Below are positions 61,401 through 64,000 of a DNA stretch of 64,000 nt, in pieces. How positions within the stretch are numbered: the first letter of the stretch is position 1; the number at the start of each line of letters is the position of its first letter. The position numbers were made by a program, and so were the translations under genes. The stretch covers positions 1 through 64,000 of IMG/VR virus record IMGVR_UViG_3300033977_000108; one strand, written 5' to 3'. The notes beneath the pieces are model-generated. The model made no database searches and had not been told where the DNA came from. It worked only from the letters and a program-made list of their open reading frames with translations.

Positions 61401-64000
61401 TTTGTAAGAAATAATGGCCCAACCACCCTGACGGTAGCAGCACAAGGAAGCTCCATCATCAATTACGGGCCCGGCCAAGGAAGCCTGACGGTCTACATGG
61501 GAGAAGGATCCGTCATCTTCACGGATGGCACGAACTTCTGGACAGAGGAAGGCTCCCCGCCTATCTTCTATGGGGTCAATTCGCAAAATGGCAACTACTC
61601 GGTCACTACCAGCGATGCCGGTTTACTCCTTCTCATGACCTCGGCGTCGGCGAAAACACTCAATCTACCTAGTCCTCCGCCGACCGGCATCTTCTCTTGC
61701 TACGTCCAAAATTACGGCGCAGGGCCCCTTACCATTTCCGCCGCCGTCGGGGCACAGATAGACGGGGCATCGTCCATTACTGTATCACAGAGCCAAGGTT
61801 GCTACCTTATCACAGACGGCACCAATTACTGGACGATGAGGGGCATGAATGCGACCGGCTACACCGGCTATACCGGCTATACCGGCTATAGTGGATATAC
61901 AGGGGGTTCTGGATACACAGGATACACGGGCTATACCGGTCTCCAGGGAGGAAGCGGGGTAGGCGGGGCGACCGGCTATACTGGTTATACCGGCTATACT
62001 GGTCCTTCTGGTTACACCGGCTATATGGGAAATACGGGGTATACTGGTTATACTGGTGGTACAGGGTATACAGGCACAAGCGCTACTGCCCCCCGTAGCG
62101 GCAGAAAGGGCGATGGCGCGACGGGCATTGTAGTGTCGCCCTCCATGACCGTCTCGACAGACAATGTCTCCCTGAGCTTCTGGTTCAAGCCGCAAGCGCA
62201 GCCTACTACCAGCACCGATGGCTCCATACTCGCTGCGGTTGACAACTGGCAGGCTATCGCAAGCTCTCATGCGATAAGCTTTGCCTGGAACGGCAAATCG
62301 GGTGGATACGGTGCGGCGACGCTCTACTTCTCCACCTGGAGCGGCGTCAGCGACACATGGTATTTGGGCGTTGGCGCGCAAATCCCGAGCTCCTATTGGT
62401 CTGGGATGGTCGGCATCTGGAACCACATTGCCTGCACCTTGCAATGGACGAATCCAGGATGCGTTGACACCATCTACCTGAACGGTACGCAGGTCGCCCA
62501 GGTGACGGACAGCGGCGGCAATTATGAATATGGTCCCACCGGCTCGGGCTTCTATCTGAGCGCACTAAGCGGCTGTTGGGGCACGGCCAATACGGCGACC
62601 GAGTATTCCAGCGACAGCGTGGCGGAGGTAGCGTTCTACGAATGCACGCTGACCGCTACAGATGTGACCAATCTCGCCAGTGGCGCTCCTGCCTCAACGG
62701 TCGAGGCTTCCTCTCTCCAAGCCTATTGGAAGTTCATGGGCACCAGCCCAGAATCTGATTTGACCGGAAATAATAACAATGGCACAGTAACGGATACCAC
62801 TATTGTATCTGGCCCAAGTGGCACAGCAGCGCTGGGCATGCCAGGAATGACGGGTTATACAGGATACACAGGAGCAGGTAATTTCACTGGGTATACGGGT
62901 TATACAGGGTATACCGGTTATACGGGACGCACCGGGTATACCGGCTATACTGGTCCCGCAGGTGGCTCTGTATGGGCATGGCTGGGCAGTGCTTCGGGGA
63001 CTGCTATTACCCTGACTACCGCCAGCACTTGGTATGCTTTGGGCTCTTGGGGATTCAGTGGAACTTCTTTAGTAACGGTGAATACCAGCACTGGGATTAT
63101 TACTATTACCCAAGCTGGTACTTATTGTATTGATTTCTCAGGCGAGGTAACTTCATCTGCTACAGGGACCGTTGCCTTATTCCACAATAGCACCGAGCTT
63201 TATTCAGCCCAGGCGCTCGGAGGAACCAGCAATCAAACCATCTCCTTATCGGCAATTATTACCTGCGCCGCTGCTGATACACTAACGGTACAAGCACAGA
63301 GCGGAACCAGTGGGGCGACGGTTACACCAAACAACTCAACCCTTAGCGTCTCTTTAGTGGGCGGAATGGGGAATACAGGGTATACCGGTTCTACGGGATA
63401 TACAGGTCTTACGGGATATACGGGTTATACCAGCTATACCGGCTACACAGGGTATACCAGCTACACGGGCTACACTGGTTATACCAGCTATACAGGCTAC
63501 ACAGGGTATACTGGGGTAGGGAATTTTACTGGTTTTACAGGGTATACAGGATATACTGGTTATACCGGCATACCGGGCAGCGCGACAAGTACTGGGGCAA
63601 CGGGGTATACCGGGCCAAGCGAATGGTCCAGCATATCCCCCACTACTTCATCCACCTCGGTGCTCGGCTGCACCGTCTTCTCCGCCGGGACGTTTACCAT
63701 CTCAGCGGGTCAGACAAAGCGTTGGAAGTTGTCCGCCGCATACGGGACGTCCGGTTCCTACCCCGTCGGCTTCGTAATCTCACAGGGCGGCACCAACGGC
63801 TACGCCACGCAGGTTGCGGCGGGTGGCATAGGCATCTACTATACGACGAACTCTGGCTCTAGTTGGTCGGAGCCCGCCAGCACGTCCTGCACCAATACGG
63901 CGGGAACCTACATCGTCGATTTCGGCATTGCGGTAGACTCTGGCCATACCACATTATGGATAATGGTGAATGGTGCCCCTGCCTGTCAGTACGTGGATGC
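58464..64000 (+). CDS. Giant collagen-like fibre protein (GPT then GYT repeats, two LamG-like domains, C1q/BclA-like domain), partial
   Basis: Absent from the ORF track because it is open to the window end; frame checked at 59922, 61920 and 63960; (GYT)n runs; LamG FWF.P..WNHIA.T..YVNG..E.A.W...LTA.DV.NL twice. Confidence 0.85.
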   Translation, partial: MSQYPDTSVVVDLNQDYPTVGSLLVTVSNPSQYTLFIYRSADWTIDNRADAYALGCTRINLDGSWVNSIPVIPDTYHVVLKDLSTYIVMSPYLVVLAPSIPSFPSGTGPTGTTGPEGGTGGTGPTGGLGPTGPTGPTGLGGGGSGGSGPTGSTGPEGPTGPEGPEGPTGPTGPPGPIGPTGGWSGSGIVTIGGQTYPPPEIVQWASGGDVAGNSVVTLTNPPTPGNTLLAIIQWTDSQDVDVELPAGFTTLSDYPGATGSIVGYHDVVSGDGTSWEFPSGQFVWFVEGYQVQFGAVYAYIIELEGTPDIEGSTGLGGSVDTYYTHESPMQTCAAAATVPTLAIVGFIWYSLGSVAVDGWTPSDFNTPTWTFNPASFLTVLEGTDVDSLSGPITATHVGYTGTEGMEPTAYVLALCYFPASPIEQTIPGLPLLPKGALITSDGTQDTVLELPGGTGTDGWVLTIDPTQIYGIQWEPPTGGGGGSGGTGYTGYTGYTGFTGPGNFTGFTGDTGYTGSGETGYTGYTSYTGYTGYTGYTGSGNFTGFTGCTGYTGYTSYTGYTGYTGTTGYSGYTGPGNFTGFTGYTGFTGYTGPNMTGYTGYTGSAQTGYTGYTGYTGYTGMSAPAIWNGRKGDGSTGEVASSSSFTYGGGAISISFWFNPNTSPLYSQSHAQQQWGLWDSGNRPALSFWWDTTVAGGDGSPLGFSVTGYGGYPYYRADYWNGSWTTPTVNAWNHIAITSADGSTFQVYVNGSLQGTISDLLSSGTFSRAVYPYALTDYALVQYSQHAVAECAAWTTQLTAGDVSNLYGGMPAPLIEPSSLQVYWKFMGTSPEPDLSGNSETGTVTDTTVVPGPQTSVPEGPQGATGYTGYTGYTGSAGGGGAMGSTGYTGYTGSGNFTGYTGYTGYTGYTGPSGYTGYTGYTGGTGYTGYTGYTGSGLSGVNYQSSPYYATAADNGKIIVLPGGTLYLPAVSSIPSTWAIFVRNNGPTTLTVAAQGSSIINYGPGQGSLTVYMGEGSVIFTDGTNFWTEEGSPPIFYGVNSQNGNYSVTTSDAGLLLLMTSASAKTLNLPSPPPTGIFSCYVQNYGAGPLTISAAVGAQIDGASSITVSQSQGCYLITDGTNYWTMRGMNATGYTGYTGYTGYSGYTGGSGYTGYTGYTGLQGGSGVGGATGYTGYTGYTGPSGYTGYMGNTGYTGYTGGTGYTGTSATAPRSGRKGDGATGIVVSPSMTVSTDNVSLSFWFKPQAQPTTSTDGSILAAVDNWQAIASSHAISFAWNGKSGGYGAATLYFSTWSGVSDTWYLGVGAQIPSSYWSGMVGIWNHIACTLQWTNPGCVDTIYLNGTQVAQVTDSGGNYEYGPTGSGFYLSALSGCWGTANTATEYSSDSVAEVAFYECTLTATDVTNLASGAPASTVEASSLQAYWKFMGTSPESDLTGNNNNGTVTDTTIVSGPSGTAALGMPGMTGYTGYTGAGNFTGYTGYTGYTGYTGRTGYTGYTGPAGGSVWAWLGSASGTAITLTTASTWYALGSWGFSGTSLVTVNTSTGIITITQAGTYCIDFSGEVTSSATGTVALFHNSTELYSAQALGGTSNQTISLSAIITCAAADTLTVQAQSGTSGATVTPNNSTLSVSLVGGMGNTGYTGSTGYTGLTGYTGYTSYTGYTGYTSYTGYTGYTSYTGYTGYTGVGNFTGFTGYTGYTGYTGIPGSATSTGATGYTGPSEWSSISPTTSSTSVLGCTVFSAGTFTISAGQTKRWKLSAAYGTSGSYPVGFVISQGGTNGYATQVAAGGIGIYYTTNSGSSWSEPASTSCTNTAGTYIVDFGIAVDSGHTTLWIMVNGAPACQYVD

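Noticed and set aside
59900-63620. Possible CRISPR array or satellite from ggNtaYacN repeats
   Set aside because: These are 9-nt in-frame Gly-Tyr-Thr codons with synonymous variation; there are no unique spacers and no cas genes.
1-64000. tRNA genes, integrase, transposase, reverse transcriptase/DGR, recoded stop codons
   Set aside because: No T-loop GTTCGA plus acceptor stems were recognised by eye, no catalytic motifs were seen, and ORFs tile well in the standard code. tRNAscan-SE should confirm the tRNA result.

Overview
This window is part of a large tailed dsDNA phage genome (standard genetic code) with two divergent arms that meet at about 33.3-33.4 kb. The left arm (1-33.25 kb, minus strand) is a dense early/accessory region. 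It encodes a 1090-aa single-subunit two-barrel (YonO/QDE-1-like) RNA polymerase candidate with a non-canonical DxDD motif, a LuxR-type HTH, an ATP-dependent DNA ligase with a LigD-phosphoesterase-like N-terminus, RNA-repair enzymes (DRB0094-type RNA ligase, PseT-like kinase/phosphatase, metallophosphoesterase), peptide deformylase, RlpA, a SAM methyltransferase, several paralog pairs and many micro-proteins. It also contains several long intergenic segments that fold almost entirely into nested stems and pseudoknots; their G-U polarity points to minus-strand RNAs. The right arm (33.44-64 kb, plus strand) is the late/virion region. It holds a 786-aa modular protein in which ADP-ribosyltransferase-like, HExxH zincin and ParB-like modules are separated by a thrice-repeated RRxx(T/S)DFGSGWxG motif, Gly-zipper proteins, terminase, portal, prohead protease/scaffold, major capsid, a lysis cassette, and a >1845-aa Gly-Tyr-Thr collagen-like fibre that runs off the window end. 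A 14-nt motif CTATACTAACCAGG recurs on the late strand and is a probable late promoter. No tRNA, rRNA, CRISPR array, integrase or transposase was recognised. All family assignments are by-eye motif recognition and all RNA pairings were made by hand; no searches or folding programs were run. Start sites were adjusted from the ORF track where a Shine-Dalgarno or stop/start overlap supports a shorter ORF.
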